Below are positions 38,442 to 48,479 of a stretch of DNA of 64,000 nucleotides, in pieces; positions within the stretch are counted from its first letter, which is position 1, and every line of letters begins with the position of its first letter. The notes beneath the pieces were generated by a model. It was not told the DNA's origin. It made no database searches and saw nothing but the letters and a program-made list of their open reading frames with translations. The DNA lies in NCBI GenBank assembly GCA_963730935.1, contig CAVSTP010000002.1, positions 960,001 through 1,024,000 on the forward strand, written 5' to 3'. Both the position numbers and the translations under genes were made by a program. This DNA comes from an uncultured Nitrospiraceae bacterium (GTDB taxonomy: Bacteria > Nitrospirota > Nitrospiria > Nitrospirales > Nitrospiraceae).

Positions 38442-39397
38442 AACAACCAGGGAGGCGCATTGTGCGAAGGGCGAGTTTCACAACAACACTGATCATCGGG
38501 GGCTTCTGCAGCGCCGGTCTGGCGGCGTGGGCGCTGGACGTCGCGGACGTCACGAGAGAGTGGACGCCAGAGGGAAAAAAGATTGCGGCTGAACGGGCCA
38601 AGCTGCCCGCTCACGACGAAATGGTCAGAATCCCCGCGGGCACGTTCCTGATGGGAAGCGACAAGAAGGTCGACCGGAATGCGTATCCCCCCGAACTCCC
38701 CCAGCGAAAAGTGTACCTCGACGCCTATGACATCGATAAGTACGAGGTGACGACGGTGCAGTTCTTGAAATTTGTTCTGGCGACCAATCGTAATCCATTG
38801 ATCGACTGGCAATATGACGGTGGAAATTTTCAGGAAACGATGGCCAGCCACCCGGTCATGCACGTCTCATGGTTCGACGCCGAGGCCTATTGTCAATGGG
38901 CCGGCAAGCGCCTGCCGACATCGGCCGAATGGGAGAAGGCCGCCAGGGGCGAGGATGGAAGGATTTACCCCTGGGGAAACGAACCGGCCGGACTGAGCCG
39001 AGCCAACTTCGGCCGTACGGGATTGTCGGGACCGGTGCGCGACCGGCCGGAACGCTTGTTGCTCTATCCGCCCATTATCTCGGTCGACAAATATGACAAC
39101 GCGGTCAGTCCCTATGGGGTTTTTCAAATGGCCGGCAATGTGGCCGAATGGACAGCAGACTGGTATGACCCGAATTACTACAAGAAAGCGCCGGACCGGA
39201 ATCCCAAGGGCCCAGAGAAGGGAACACAGCGGGCTTTCCGGGGCGGAGCATGGGTCGATAGTACGCCTTCCGTGCGTCCAGCGCAGCGAAATGGCACCGA
39301 TCCTCAGACGAAAATGAACTGGCTTGGCTTCCGGTGTGCGCGCGACGTCAAGGATCCGGCGGAGGCGTCCACGACTCCGCAAACCAATCTGCAATAG
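38438..39397 (+). CDS. SUMF1/FGE-sulfatase domain protein
   Basis: FLMGS, YEVT, RLPTSAEWEKAARG, MAGNVAEW, GFRCA. Confidence 0.9.
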   Translation: MKQPGRRIVRRASFTTTLIIGGFCSAGLAAWALDVADVTREWTPEGKKIAAERAKLPAHDEMVRIPAGTFLMGSDKKVDRNAYPPELPQRKVYLDAYDIDKYEVTTVQFLKFVLATNRNPLIDWQYDGGNFQETMASHPVMHVSWFDAEAYCQWAGKRLPTSAEWEKAARGEDGRIYPWGNEPAGLSRANFGRTGLSGPVRDRPERLLLYPPIISVDKYDNAVSPYGVFQMAGNVAEWTADWYDPNYYKKAPDRNPKGPEKGTQRAFRGGAWVDSTPSVRPAQRNGTDPQTKMNWLGFRCARDVKDPAEASTTPQTNLQ

Positions 39398-39411
39398 ACC
39401 GAGTCGGTCGG

Positions 39412-40692
39412 TCAGGCTTCTGGGTGTTGGGGCGACTTGGCTTGACGGAGGGCGTGGACGTGCTCGCTAAATTCCTTGACGAGAACGCCCATCTTCGGAT
39501 GTGCGGGCTCGAAATCGACCGGAAGGTCGTGGTGTTTGAGCCCTTCCGTCGCGGTAGGGCCGATGGATGCCACGACCATCTTCCTACATGCCTCTCTAAA
39601 CGGTTCTACCGCATGGGCGCGCTCCGCCAGCTGCATGACGTGATCGATTTGGGCGGCATTCGTAATCATCATCGCGTCCATCGCCCCTTTGAGCACTTCC
39701 CCGATCGCCGCTTCAATCGGCCCGGTGTCTTCCGGAAGCGCCCAGCGATAGACGGGCACTGAAAACACCTCGGCCCCGCGCTTTTTTAAATCCTCGATCA
39801 TCTCCGGCTTGGACACCCCGTATTCCTGTATGGCGATTTTCAATCCTTGCACGGGACGGTAGTAATCCAGGGTCGCAATCACGTCTTGCCACGTGTTGGG
39901 TTCCGGCACCGTGATATTGGCCTCCAGCCCCATAGCCTTGAGCACGGCCAACGGCTTCGGACCGCGCGTGACCAGGATGGTTTTCTTGAGCGCCTCGATG
40001 ATTTCGGCGAGCGGGTAGCGTGCCTGCAGCACCTCGAACAGTGCCTTGGCTCCGACGCCTGTCATGAGGATCAAAAGATCGACCTGATGGAGAATCAGCT
40101 TCACTCCGAAGCGAAAGACCGCGCCATTGTCTTGAAGGGGAATTGGAATTTCCCTCAGGGCCGGCACGACCAGTGGCTCTCCGCCATGCCTACGGATCAA
40201 TCTCGCCATCTCCGTGGCCATGCGGCTTTCAAACGACAACACCCGTAACCCGTGGAAGTCCGTGGGCAAGGACGGCGGTGCCTGAGGCGTTTCGGCCTGC
40301 GGCGTGGCGATCGCCTCAGGTTGCTCTGAAGGCGCAGGCTTGTCCGGCTCGCCGCAAATCGACAGGAGTGCCACAATGTCGGAAGCCTCATCGAGCAGTG
40401 CCTGGATCGGCTGGTCCTGATCCGTGCCTGCTGCAGCAAGCAACTCGAGCCAAAAGACGCAATCATCGGCGTCACCGGAGGCGAGATTGCGGTTCCGGTG
40501 AAAATCATCTTCCGACCAGGCCCGCGCGAGCGCACGGCAGTTCGCGGCGAGAGTGGTGGCCGCTTTCACTAGCGGCGTTTGAATGGCCAGGGTTTCCGGC
40601 GTCTTGGGAAGCGGGCCGCAGAGCTTAAGGATGCCGATGGCGAATTGTTTCGTCTTGTTTCTGAGCTGATCTGTCTGGTCCGATCCGGTCAT
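39412..40692 (-). CDS. hemD: Four-helix-bundle domain fused to uroporphyrinogen-III synthase
   Basis: N-term KTKQFAI..LPK..LVKAAT..AN..E..FWLELL; C-term FESRM, TGVG, RGPKP, VYRWALP, ASIGP. Confidence 0.8.
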   Translation of the reverse strand: MTGSDQTDQLRNKTKQFAIGILKLCGPLPKTPETLAIQTPLVKAATTLAANCRALARAWSEDDFHRNRNLASGDADDCVFWLELLAAAGTDQDQPIQALLDEASDIVALLSICGEPDKPAPSEQPEAIATPQAETPQAPPSLPTDFHGLRVLSFESRMATEMARLIRRHGGEPLVVPALREIPIPLQDNGAVFRFGVKLILHQVDLLILMTGVGAKALFEVLQARYPLAEIIEALKKTILVTRGPKPLAVLKAMGLEANITVPEPNTWQDVIATLDYYRPVQGLKIAIQEYGVSKPEMIEDLKKRGAEVFSVPVYRWALPEDTGPIEAAIGEVLKGAMDAMMITNAAQIDHVMQLAERAHAVEPFREACRKMVVASIGPTATEGLKHHDLPVDFEPAHPKMGVLVKEFSEHVHALRQAKSPQHPEA

Positions 40693-40737
40693 GACATGGT
40701 TGTACCACGCGATGGTGCGGAGTCTGAGTGCAAATGA

Positions 40738-41550
40738 CTATTTCGCATCGCGGGCGCAGCGGAATCCGGTCGATTCATTTCTGATGAACGGGTCGCTGTC
40801 GACGCGCGTGAAGATGCGCACGGTCGGCGTTTCATTCTGCCAGCCTGATCCCCGGAGCACGCGCTTGGTACCTGTCTCGGGCCCATTTGGGTTCTTGTTG
40901 GGACTTTTCTCGTAGTAGTGGGCATCGTACCAGTCGTTGACCCATTCCCACACGTTGCCGGCCATATCGTAGACGCCGTACGGGCTCTTGCCGGCCTCGT
41001 AACTGCCAACCGGCATCAAGGTTTTCTCACCGATCCACTGCTGATTATAATTAAGGTGCTTGGCAGTGGGCTCCACATTGCCCCATGGAAAGCGCCAATC
41101 GTGGTTGCCCTTCGCGGCTTTTTCCCACTCAGCTTCGGTCGGTAGCCGTTTCCCTGCCCATGTGCAATAGGCGGCAGCATCGGCCCAGTCCACGTTGACG
41201 ACCGGGCGGTCGGCGAGCGACTCGGTGATCGCATCTCCTTGCCAGAGGTTCCTGGTAGGATTCTTGGGATTCTGAGGTACGCGGTGCCCGGTGGCCTTGA
41301 CGAATCCCAAGTAGCGTCCATTCGTCACCTCGTACGCATCGATCTCATAGGCGTTGAGATACACTTCATGGCGTGGATACTCGTCACGACCTCCATCGCG
41401 GTCTCCCGGCGGTACACCCATCGGGAACGGCCCGGCAGGGATCAGGACCATCGGGGTGGTATCTGTTCCCGGGGACACTGGCTCCTTGGCGAACAAGCCA
41501 TCGGGCACGAATAAGAATGTCCAGACGACGAACAAGAAAAGGAAAGGCAT
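40738..41550 (-). CDS. SUMF1/FGE-sulfatase domain protein
   Basis: YEVTN, RLPTEAEWEKAA, MAGNVWEW, RGSGW, GFRCA. Confidence 0.9.
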   Translation of the reverse strand: MPFLFLFVVWTFLFVPDGLFAKEPVSPGTDTTPMVLIPAGPFPMGVPPGDRDGGRDEYPRHEVYLNAYEIDAYEVTNGRYLGFVKATGHRVPQNPKNPTRNLWQGDAITESLADRPVVNVDWADAAAYCTWAGKRLPTEAEWEKAAKGNHDWRFPWGNVEPTAKHLNYNQQWIGEKTLMPVGSYEAGKSPYGVYDMAGNVWEWVNDWYDAHYYEKSPNKNPNGPETGTKRVLRGSGWQNETPTVRIFTRVDSDPFIRNESTGFRCARDAK

Positions 41551-41720
41551 GAAGGGCTCCTCTGTCTCCTACGCAAGGCAGCAAGGCATGGTAGCACAAC
41601 GTCAATCCGAGCGGCAGCTTCATGATGCGGGCGAAATTCAGTTTGACGACGCTCTAGAGGCCCACCTACTATACGGCAGCAGGCAGTCAACAACATCTGG
41701 AGGCCTGCGGATGGAGTGTC

Positions 41721-42143
41721 GTGGATCGAGCCCTACATCGAGGGTTTCGCCATGTGGCCTTGCGCGTCACGAACCTCGCGCGCTCTCGCGCGTTTTATGA
41801 GGGGCTCCTCGGAATGAAGGTCGTCTGGGAGCCGGATGCCGACAATGTGTATCTCAGCTCGGGAGACGATAACCTCGCGCTCCACCAGATCTCGCAAGGC
41901 GAACTCGCCGCCTATCAGCCTCCGAAAGCGCAGCTGCTCGATCACATCGGCGTCATTCTTGAAGATCCCGGTTCTGTCGATCGAATGTACCAGGAGATCG
42001 AGCCGAAGATCGTCTCGTTAGGCGGGGCCATTGCCAAGGCTCCGAAGCAACATCGGGACGGCAGCTATTCGTTTTATTTTTCCGATCCGGATGGAAACGT
42101 CATTCAAGCGCTGTACGAACCGACGATTAGTCAACGGGCCTAG
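41721..42143 (+). CDS. VOC/glyoxalase family protein
   Basis: HVALRV..L..SRAFY..LLG, DHIG, YFSDPDGN. Confidence 0.9.
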   Translation: MDRALHRGFRHVALRVTNLARSRAFYEGLLGMKVVWEPDADNVYLSSGDDNLALHQISQGELAAYQPPKAQLLDHIGVILEDPGSVDRMYQEIEPKIVSLGGAIAKAPKQHRDGSYSFYFSDPDGNVIQALYEPTISQRA

Positions 42144-43775
42144 ATGAGCACGACCTGGAACAAGCTGCCACGCGAACACTTTCTGAGTCTTGCTCCCTGG
42201 TGTTGGGTACAGCTGGAAAGCGCGGAACCCCCAGGTCCCTTTCCCTTTGTCGGTGGCCTTGCTCCCGACGTCGTCGCTGCGCTGCAGGAAGCCCATTCCC
42301 TGTTGGCCAGTTCAATCGATACCGCTATCAGCGATGTCTTCTCAAAGCGAGCGCCGGTCGACGATCCGGACCGCCAACCTCGGCTCGAGGACGCCTATGC
42401 CGAGGTCGTCAACGCCCGTCCCTACCTGAGCCGGCACATTCGATGCGGCCGCAGGTCAGATGGGAGCTTCCAATGGGAATTGCCGTTCGAGCCGGCTAAG
42501 TCCTCGACCGTGACGAACGGCGGACTGCGCATTTTCCATTCCGTCAAACGGCAAGCCATTCCGATCGGGTTCGATCAACGACCGCTTGGGCCGATCGTCG
42601 GGAGACTGATCGGCATGTTGGAGGGGAGTCATCGGACGGAGGAGATCAACACCGTTGTCGTGTCTGCACCGCGGGAGGCACAGCCGGTTCTTTCGCGTCT
42701 GATGGACGCCTTGCAGCAGCATGAGTGCCTCTGCAGTTCGCCGGTCAGTCCCATCCGGGAACGATGGCTCGAGGTCGTACAGGATCGCGAAACGGTTCAT
42801 CTTGGGCATGCGGCGCTCCTCTATCGCCAACAGGACAATGTATTCCTGTTCGATCCGTGGCTCCTGCCCTGGTTTGCCGAATCGTCGGTGCCATCGGTGT
42901 GGACCTCGCTCCTGCCCAAGCCTGCCGCGATCTTCCTCACGCATGACCATGACGACCACGTCGATCCACGCACCTTGCTCCACTTGCCGAAAGACACGCC
43001 GGTGATCGTGCCGAGCCGTCGAGATAAAAAGCATTTCTTCTACGACTATCCGGCGCTCCTTCGAGAGTTGGGCTTCGGCCGGGTCGTCGAGCTGGCGCAC
43101 GGGGACGTTTGGCCGTTCGAAGGCGGGACCATCGTCTCCGTCCCGTTCTATGGCGAAGATCCCTGCGACCTCGAGATGCCCCGCAACTGTTATCTGATCA
43201 GTGATCGCGGTCAGAACGTCTTGGTCCATGCGGACAGCGGCCCGACGAACGACGGACGATCGCCTTTGAAGGATGACGTGATTCGCCGGCTGGTCGACAA
43301 ATTCGGTCCGATCCAACTTGTGTTTGCCTCGCAACAGCAATTGCTCGAGATCCGCAGCCTTGCTGCGCATGCCCCGTTGTCGCATCCGGGGAAATGGCTG
43401 GACGTCGGTGAGAATGGGTATTTAACGAACGGCTATCTGGCCGAGCTCTGTGCCACCGCCCGAGCCAACCTGTTCGTCTCCTATGCCACCGGGGGAGCCG
43501 ACTGGTATCCGGACCATCTCTCTTTCATGTTCAGCAAGCGCAATCCCGCCCGAACGGCATTGCTCACGGCCCATTGGGAGTCGCCCGAAACTCTCAAGTT
43601 GCTTCTCGAACCCAACGGCTGCAGATATCATTACGGGCGTGCGCTCGAAGTGTTCAGCGACACAGGTCTCGGAAACATCGAGATCCGGTCGGTCATCGAG
43701 AGACTCGCGCCGTTGAACCTGTATCGCGCCGCGCACGGAGAGCCACCCTTCATGAAACAGGGCGGCGCAAGTTGA
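42144..43775 (+). CDS. MBL-fold metalloprotein with large N-terminal extension
   Basis: HLGHA, FDPW, THDHDDH, PFYGE, ADS motifs. Confidence 0.8.
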   Translation: MSTTWNKLPREHFLSLAPWCWVQLESAEPPGPFPFVGGLAPDVVAALQEAHSLLASSIDTAISDVFSKRAPVDDPDRQPRLEDAYAEVVNARPYLSRHIRCGRRSDGSFQWELPFEPAKSSTVTNGGLRIFHSVKRQAIPIGFDQRPLGPIVGRLIGMLEGSHRTEEINTVVVSAPREAQPVLSRLMDALQQHECLCSSPVSPIRERWLEVVQDRETVHLGHAALLYRQQDNVFLFDPWLLPWFAESSVPSVWTSLLPKPAAIFLTHDHDDHVDPRTLLHLPKDTPVIVPSRRDKKHFFYDYPALLRELGFGRVVELAHGDVWPFEGGTIVSVPFYGEDPCDLEMPRNCYLISDRGQNVLVHADSGPTNDGRSPLKDDVIRRLVDKFGPIQLVFASQQQLLEIRSLAAHAPLSHPGKWLDVGENGYLTNGYLAELCATARANLFVSYATGGADWYPDHLSFMFSKRNPARTALLTAHWESPETLKLLLEPNGCRYHYGRALEVFSDTGLGNIEIRSVIERLAPLNLYRAAHGEPPFMKQGGAS

Positions 43776-43803
43776 CCATCGATCCATTCATCGAGGACCC
43801 ACT

Positions 43804-44826
43804 ATGACTTCAGGAAGACCTCTCACGCTTGTGACCGGCGCGGCCGGATTCATCGGGTTTCACGTCTCCCGACGTCTCATCGACCGTGGCGACCAGGTCA
43901 TCGGTCTCGACAATGTGAACGATTACTACGATGTCCGGCTCAAGGAGGCGCGCCTCGCTCAGTTGACGCCGTTGACCGGGTTTCAGTTCGTCAAGCTCGA
44001 TCTGGCGAACAGGCAGGGGATGAAGGAATTGTTTATCGAGTACCCGATCCGGCGCGTCGTTCATCTCGCCGCCCAGGCCGGCGTGCGGTATTCGCTCGTC
44101 AATCCGCATGCCTATACCGACAGCAACATCGAAGGCTTCATGAACATCCTGGAAGGGTGTCGCCAGGTAAAAGCCGAACACCTGGTCTATGCGTCCTCAA
44201 GCTCCGTCTATGGCGGCAATACCCACATGCCATTCTCTGTTCATGACAATGTGGATCATCCTGTTTCGCTGTACGCGGCAAGCAAGAAGGCCAATGAATT
44301 GATGGCACATTGCTATGCACATCTGTACGGCATTCCTTGCACGGGCTTGCGGTTTTTCACGGTGTACGGGCCATGGGGACGACCCGACATGGCACTGTTT
44401 CTGTTTACGAAGGCCATTCTCGAAGGGCGGCCGATCCAAGTGTTCAATCACGGCAAGATGCGGCGGGATTTCACCTATGTTGACGACATCGTTGAGGGGG
44501 TGATTCGGACCCTCGATCATACGGCCCAGCCGAATCCAGCTTGGTCGAGCGACAAGCCGGACCCCGGAACTAGCTCGGCACCGGCTCGGATTTACAACAT
44601 CGGGAATCACCAACCGGTGGAGCTTCTGCACTTCATTGAGGTCTTGGAGCGGACCCTGGGGAAGAAGGCGGATATGACGCTTATGCCGCTGCAGCCGGGG
44701 GACGTGCCTGCGACCTATGCCGACATCGAGGACTTAGACCGCGATATCGGGTTCAAGCCGTCCACGCCGATCGAGGCGGGCATTCCGCGCTTTGTCGAAT
44801 GGTATAGGAGCTTCTACAAGGTGTGA
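43804..44826 (+). CDS. NAD-dependent epimerase (UDP-glucuronate 4-epimerase-like)
   Basis: [35 protein letters not shown]. Confidence 0.95.
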   Translation: MTSGRPLTLVTGAAGFIGFHVSRRLIDRGDQVIGLDNVNDYYDVRLKEARLAQLTPLTGFQFVKLDLANRQGMKELFIEYPIRRVVHLAAQAGVRYSLVNPHAYTDSNIEGFMNILEGCRQVKAEHLVYASSSSVYGGNTHMPFSVHDNVDHPVSLYAASKKANELMAHCYAHLYGIPCTGLRFFTVYGPWGRPDMALFLFTKAILEGRPIQVFNHGKMRRDFTYVDDIVEGVIRTLDHTAQPNPAWSSDKPDPGTSSAPARIYNIGNHQPVELLHFIEVLERTLGKKADMTLMPLQPGDVPATYADIEDLDRDIGFKPSTPIEAGIPRFVEWYRSFYKV

Positions 44827-44884
44827 CGCAAGGCGTCAGCCTGTCCGCCGACGCCTTGCGCTGAGCGGTGCCAATGCGCTTGGC

Positions 44885-45469
44885 TTATTGGCAGCCAACC
44901 GGAACAAATCCCGTCCCGAAGAGCCTCGACAACGCATGGTATCGAGTGTTGTCATAGAACGAATAGCTTGCGCCCCGCTGGTTCCGTCCGGTGAGGTCCC
45001 CGCCGTAAGACGGATCCGTCCCGTAGAAAAACCCGCCACGGGTTTTTGCGACCAGATTGACCCATTCGCCATAGAGCAAACAAACTTCGGCTTGCACTGA
45101 CCCGCCAGTCCAAGCAACGCTCGAGTACCAGTCCTGAGCCCATCCTGGAACTATCTGCCCCCGAGTTGGCATACCTACCGGAGCGCGATCGATGGAGTAC
45201 TGCATGTCGGAGGAAGGTGTCGCCGCATGAGGCGACCGATACGTCGGCATCTGGTCCAACGAAGGGACGACTGACAAGCCTTTGAGGACTAGGAGCTTAC
45301 ATCCAGATCGTTCCTTGTTGGTATAGATCGACGATCCGTCCGCCTGCGGGCATTCCCACATTCGTGCGGGATCGAATTTCACCGTCTCGTTCGTGTCGGC
45401 GATCGCCGGTGGGGCGGCCAGGACGAGCGCGACCGCTGCGGCAAGTGTGAAAACTATGAATGGCCGCAT
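44885..45469 (-). CDS. Hypothetical secreted protein
   Basis: GGAGG RBS, signal peptide, C..ADGSSIYTN...GC motif (DUF4124-like). Confidence 0.65.
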   Translation of the reverse strand: MRPFIVFTLAAAVALVLAAPPAIADTNETVKFDPARMWECPQADGSSIYTNKERSGCKLLVLKGLSVVPSLDQMPTYRSPHAATPSSDMQYSIDRAPVGMPTRGQIVPGWAQDWYSSVAWTGGSVQAEVCLLYGEWVNLVAKTRGGFFYGTDPSYGGDLTGRNQRGASYSFYDNTRYHALSRLFGTGFVPVGCQ

Positions 45470-45654
45470 ACAACACCTCCCTTGAAGCTGTGTCAGCGTG
45501 GTCTTCCATGTCATTATCGATAGGCTTGGCATAGGCTTGGCTGTCATCATTCGATGCTGACAAGCTATGCCAATGCCGAAGAGGCCGTCTATTCATCTTT
45601 GGAGGGGGTCTCGAGGTCGAGTGAAATAGCGGTGACGCCGCTGCCAGAGCCGAT

Positions 45655-46350
45655 TTACAGGATCCTGTCAATCGCTGCTTCGGGGGTCAGCCGATCGAGG
45701 CTCTGAATGATGCAATCCGCTTCGTGCAGTTTATCAAGGGGATATGTGGTGGCCAGGCCAAGTACACGCATGCCCGCGGCTCTGGCCGAGCGGACACCCG
45801 CAAGGGAATCTTCGACGACCAGGCATTCTTCGGGGACAATGGCATGCGCTGACCCGAGGCCGGCATTCAGCCGTTCCCGGGTGAGGAGATAGATTGCCGG
45901 ATCCGGCTTTCCGATCGGACAGTCCTCGGCGGCCACGATCACGTCGAAATCGTATTGAATCTTCGTGCCGCTCAACGCCGCGTCGATCTGTGCTCGGCGG
46001 CCGCCAGAGGCGATCGCGAGGCGGTAACGGCTTTTTGCCGCTTTCACAAAGTCGACGACACCCGGAAAGAGCTCCGGCTTGTGCAGAGCGGTATGGGCAC
46101 GAAAGAGTTCAGCTTTCCGCTCGCCGATCTGTGACACTTCCGCCTCGTCGCAGGTCCCATCTCGCCGCTCCAGCAGCATTCTTGTGCATGTCCGCTCGTC
46201 CATTCCCAGATAGGTGCCATAGTAGTCTTCCTTCGTCAGCGCCAGCCCCGCTTCGGCGAGCGCCTGCTGGAAACAGTAGACGTGCAGTGTCTCGTCGTCG
46301 GCGATGACGCCGTTGAAGTCGAAAATGATCGCGCGAATCACGGGCGCCAC
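45655..46350 (-). CDS. HAD-family phosphatase
   Basis: FDFNGVIAD, ASGG, KPDP, VEDS..G motifs; GTG start uncertain. Confidence 0.9.
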   Translation of the reverse strand: MAPVIRAIIFDFNGVIADDETLHVYCFQQALAEAGLALTKEDYYGTYLGMDERTCTRMLLERRDGTCDEAEVSQIGERKAELFRAHTALHKPELFPGVVDFVKAAKSRYRLAIASGGRRAQIDAALSGTKIQYDFDVIVAAEDCPIGKPDPAIYLLTRERLNAGLGSAHAIVPEECLVVEDSLAGVRSARAAGMRVLGLATTYPLDKLHEADCIIQSLDRLTPEAAIDRIL

Positions 46351-46465
46351 TCTACCTAACCTTGTGAGAAGGCCACAAGCGGTAGGACCTTGTTCGTTCG
46401 GCCGGGCTGGAGTATTCTCGCGCGGGACCCGCCGTTTCACCGCGTGTCGCGCGCATTGATTGTGA

Positions 46466-48475
46466 ATGGCCGCTATGACTGACTACGGCGTGTTGGGCAA
46501 TCTCCTCGTCATTTTTTCCGTCTCGATCGCTGTTGTCTTCATCTTCCATCAATTCAGGCTTCCGTCCATCGCCGGATTCTTGGTGGCCGGTGCATTGATC
46601 GGACCGCACGGCCTCAACCTCATCGCGGACATCGGCACCGTGCAGGTGCTCGCCGAAATCGGCGTGGTGCTTCTCCTGTTCACGATCGGCATTGAATTTT
46701 CGCTGGTCCAACTCGCGTCGTTGCGGCGGCTGTTCTTCGTCGCCGGGCCCATCCAGGTCGGCAGCGTGCTGCTGATCGCATGGTTCGGGGCCATGTCGGT
46801 GGGATTGACCTGGCAAGAGGGCATTTTCTGGGGGTTTCTGATCTCGCTCAGCAGTACGGCGATCGTCTTGAAGGCACTGGCGAATCGAGGCGACAGTGAT
46901 TCAATCCATGGCCGGACGATCATCGGCATCCTGATTTTTCAGGATCTTGCGGTGGTGCCCATGATGTTGCTGACTCCGATCTTGGCCAGCCGGGGCGAAG
47001 GAACAGCTGGGTCCATCTTCTACACATGGGCGCAATCGATTCTCGTCGTGGGGCTGATCATCGCTGCTGCCTGGTACGCAGTTCCCAAACTGCTGGAACA
47101 CATCGTGCGGAGCCGGAGCCGCGAATTGTTCTTGTTGACGATCATCGTGCTCTGCCTCGGCATCGCCTGGCTCACCTCCCTCGGCGGTCTCTCACTCGCC
47201 TTAGGAGCGTTTATTGCCGGACTCGTGATTTCTGAGTCGGAATACAGCCACCAAGCCATGGCTGATGTACTGCCGTTTCGCGACAGCTTCAACAGCCTCT
47301 TTTTCGTGTCGATCGGCATCTTGATGAACTGGCGGGTCTTGATCGATCATCCTGTCCTGGTCGTGGGCCTGCTACTGGCTATTCTCTCGGTCAAATTCGT
47401 CACGGGCGCAGCCGCGTCACTTGCGATGAACATTCCTCCGCGCTCTGCGTTTATGGTCGGAGTGGCGCTGGCACAGGTTGGGGAGTTCAGCTTTCTACTG
47501 GCTCAACAGGGTCAGGAAAGTGGCTTGCTACGGGGTGATCCCTATCAGGTGTTTCTGGCCGTTTCGGTCCTCTCGATGATCGTGACGCCGTTCTTGATGC
47601 AGTGGTCCCCCTTGATGGCCCGGCGGATCGAAGCCGTACAGCGCCTCCGGCATTGGTTGCCTACGAGGACGGAAGCGCACGTGCTTCAGACCGAAGGGAG
47701 GCAGATCCGGCTGAAGGACCATGTGATCATCGTCGGCTACGGGCTCAATGGTCGAAACCTGGCACGCGTGCTCAGCGAAACCGAAATTCCCCATCTGGCG
47801 CTCGACCTCGACGGCGACACAGTACGCCGCGAATCCCGCCACGGGGTGCCGATCTACTACGGCGATGCGACAAATCCCAACGTGTTGCGGCACGTGAGGC
47901 TCGAAGACGCCAAGGTGTTGGTCGTCGCCATTTCCGATCCGTTCATCACGAGGCGGACAGTTCAAGTCGCCAAACTGCTCAATCCAAAAGTTCGAGTTGT
48001 GGTCAGGACACGCTATCTTCGGGAACTGGAAGAGTTGCACGACATCGGCGCGGATGACGTGGTGCCCGAAGAGTTTGAGACGTCGATTGAGATCTTCGCC
48101 TTGGTTCTTCGCACCTATAACCTCCCGCAGGACTTTATTACGATGAAAGCCGAGCAGGTCAGGAGGGAAGGGTATGCACTGCTGCGGCGAAGTGAATTGC
48201 CCGAATTAGCCCATCATTTGCGCGGCGGAACCTTGACCGATGCAGAGGTCGAGACGTGCCGTATCGACGACGATTCGCCCGCCGTCGGAAAGACTCTTGC
48301 AGATCTCACCATTCGGCCTAGAACGGGGGCCTCTGTCATTGCTTGGACGCGCAACGGAGTCACGGAGTCGAATCCCGCGCTGAAAACGAAGCTCAAAGGA
48401 GGCGACATCGTGGTACTGCTCGGCTCACGCCTGCAAATCCGGCGCGCCATGAGTTTGCTGCTGTCAGGCCAGTAG
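46466..48475 (+). CDS. CPA2 cation:proton antiporter (KefC-like) with TrkA-N and TrkA-C domains
   Basis: SLSSTAIV, FQD, QVGEFSF, HVIIVGYG, YGDAT. Confidence 0.95.
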   Translation: MAAMTDYGVLGNLLVIFSVSIAVVFIFHQFRLPSIAGFLVAGALIGPHGLNLIADIGTVQVLAEIGVVLLLFTIGIEFSLVQLASLRRLFFVAGPIQVGSVLLIAWFGAMSVGLTWQEGIFWGFLISLSSTAIVLKALANRGDSDSIHGRTIIGILIFQDLAVVPMMLLTPILASRGEGTAGSIFYTWAQSILVVGLIIAAAWYAVPKLLEHIVRSRSRELFLLTIIVLCLGIAWLTSLGGLSLALGAFIAGLVISESEYSHQAMADVLPFRDSFNSLFFVSIGILMNWRVLIDHPVLVVGLLLAILSVKFVTGAAASLAMNIPPRSAFMVGVALAQVGEFSFLLAQQGQESGLLRGDPYQVFLAVSVLSMIVTPFLMQWSPLMARRIEAVQRLRHWLPTRTEAHVLQTEGRQIRLKDHVIIVGYGLNGRNLARVLSETEIPHLALDLDGDTVRRESRHGVPIYYGDATNPNVLRHVRLEDAKVLVVAISDPFITRRTVQVAKLLNPKVRVVVRTRYLRELEELHDIGADDVVPEEFETSIEIFALVLRTYNLPQDFITMKAEQVRREGYALLRRSELPELAHHLRGGTLTDAEVETCRIDDDSPAVGKTLADLTIRPRTGASVIAWTRNGVTESNPALKTKLKGGDIVVLLGSRLQIRRAMSLLLSGQ

Positions 48476-48479
48476 CTGG

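Noticed and set aside
38438..41720. Diversity-generating retroelement (FGE/CLec-fold genes next to an Avd-like helix bundle)
   Set aside because: No reverse transcriptase in the window, and no template repeat matching either 3' end was seen in nearby intergenic DNA
45520..45545. ATAGGCTTGGC tandem repeat / sigma-54-like site
   Set aside because: Only two copies, imperfect -12 element, and orientation opposite to the adjacent genes
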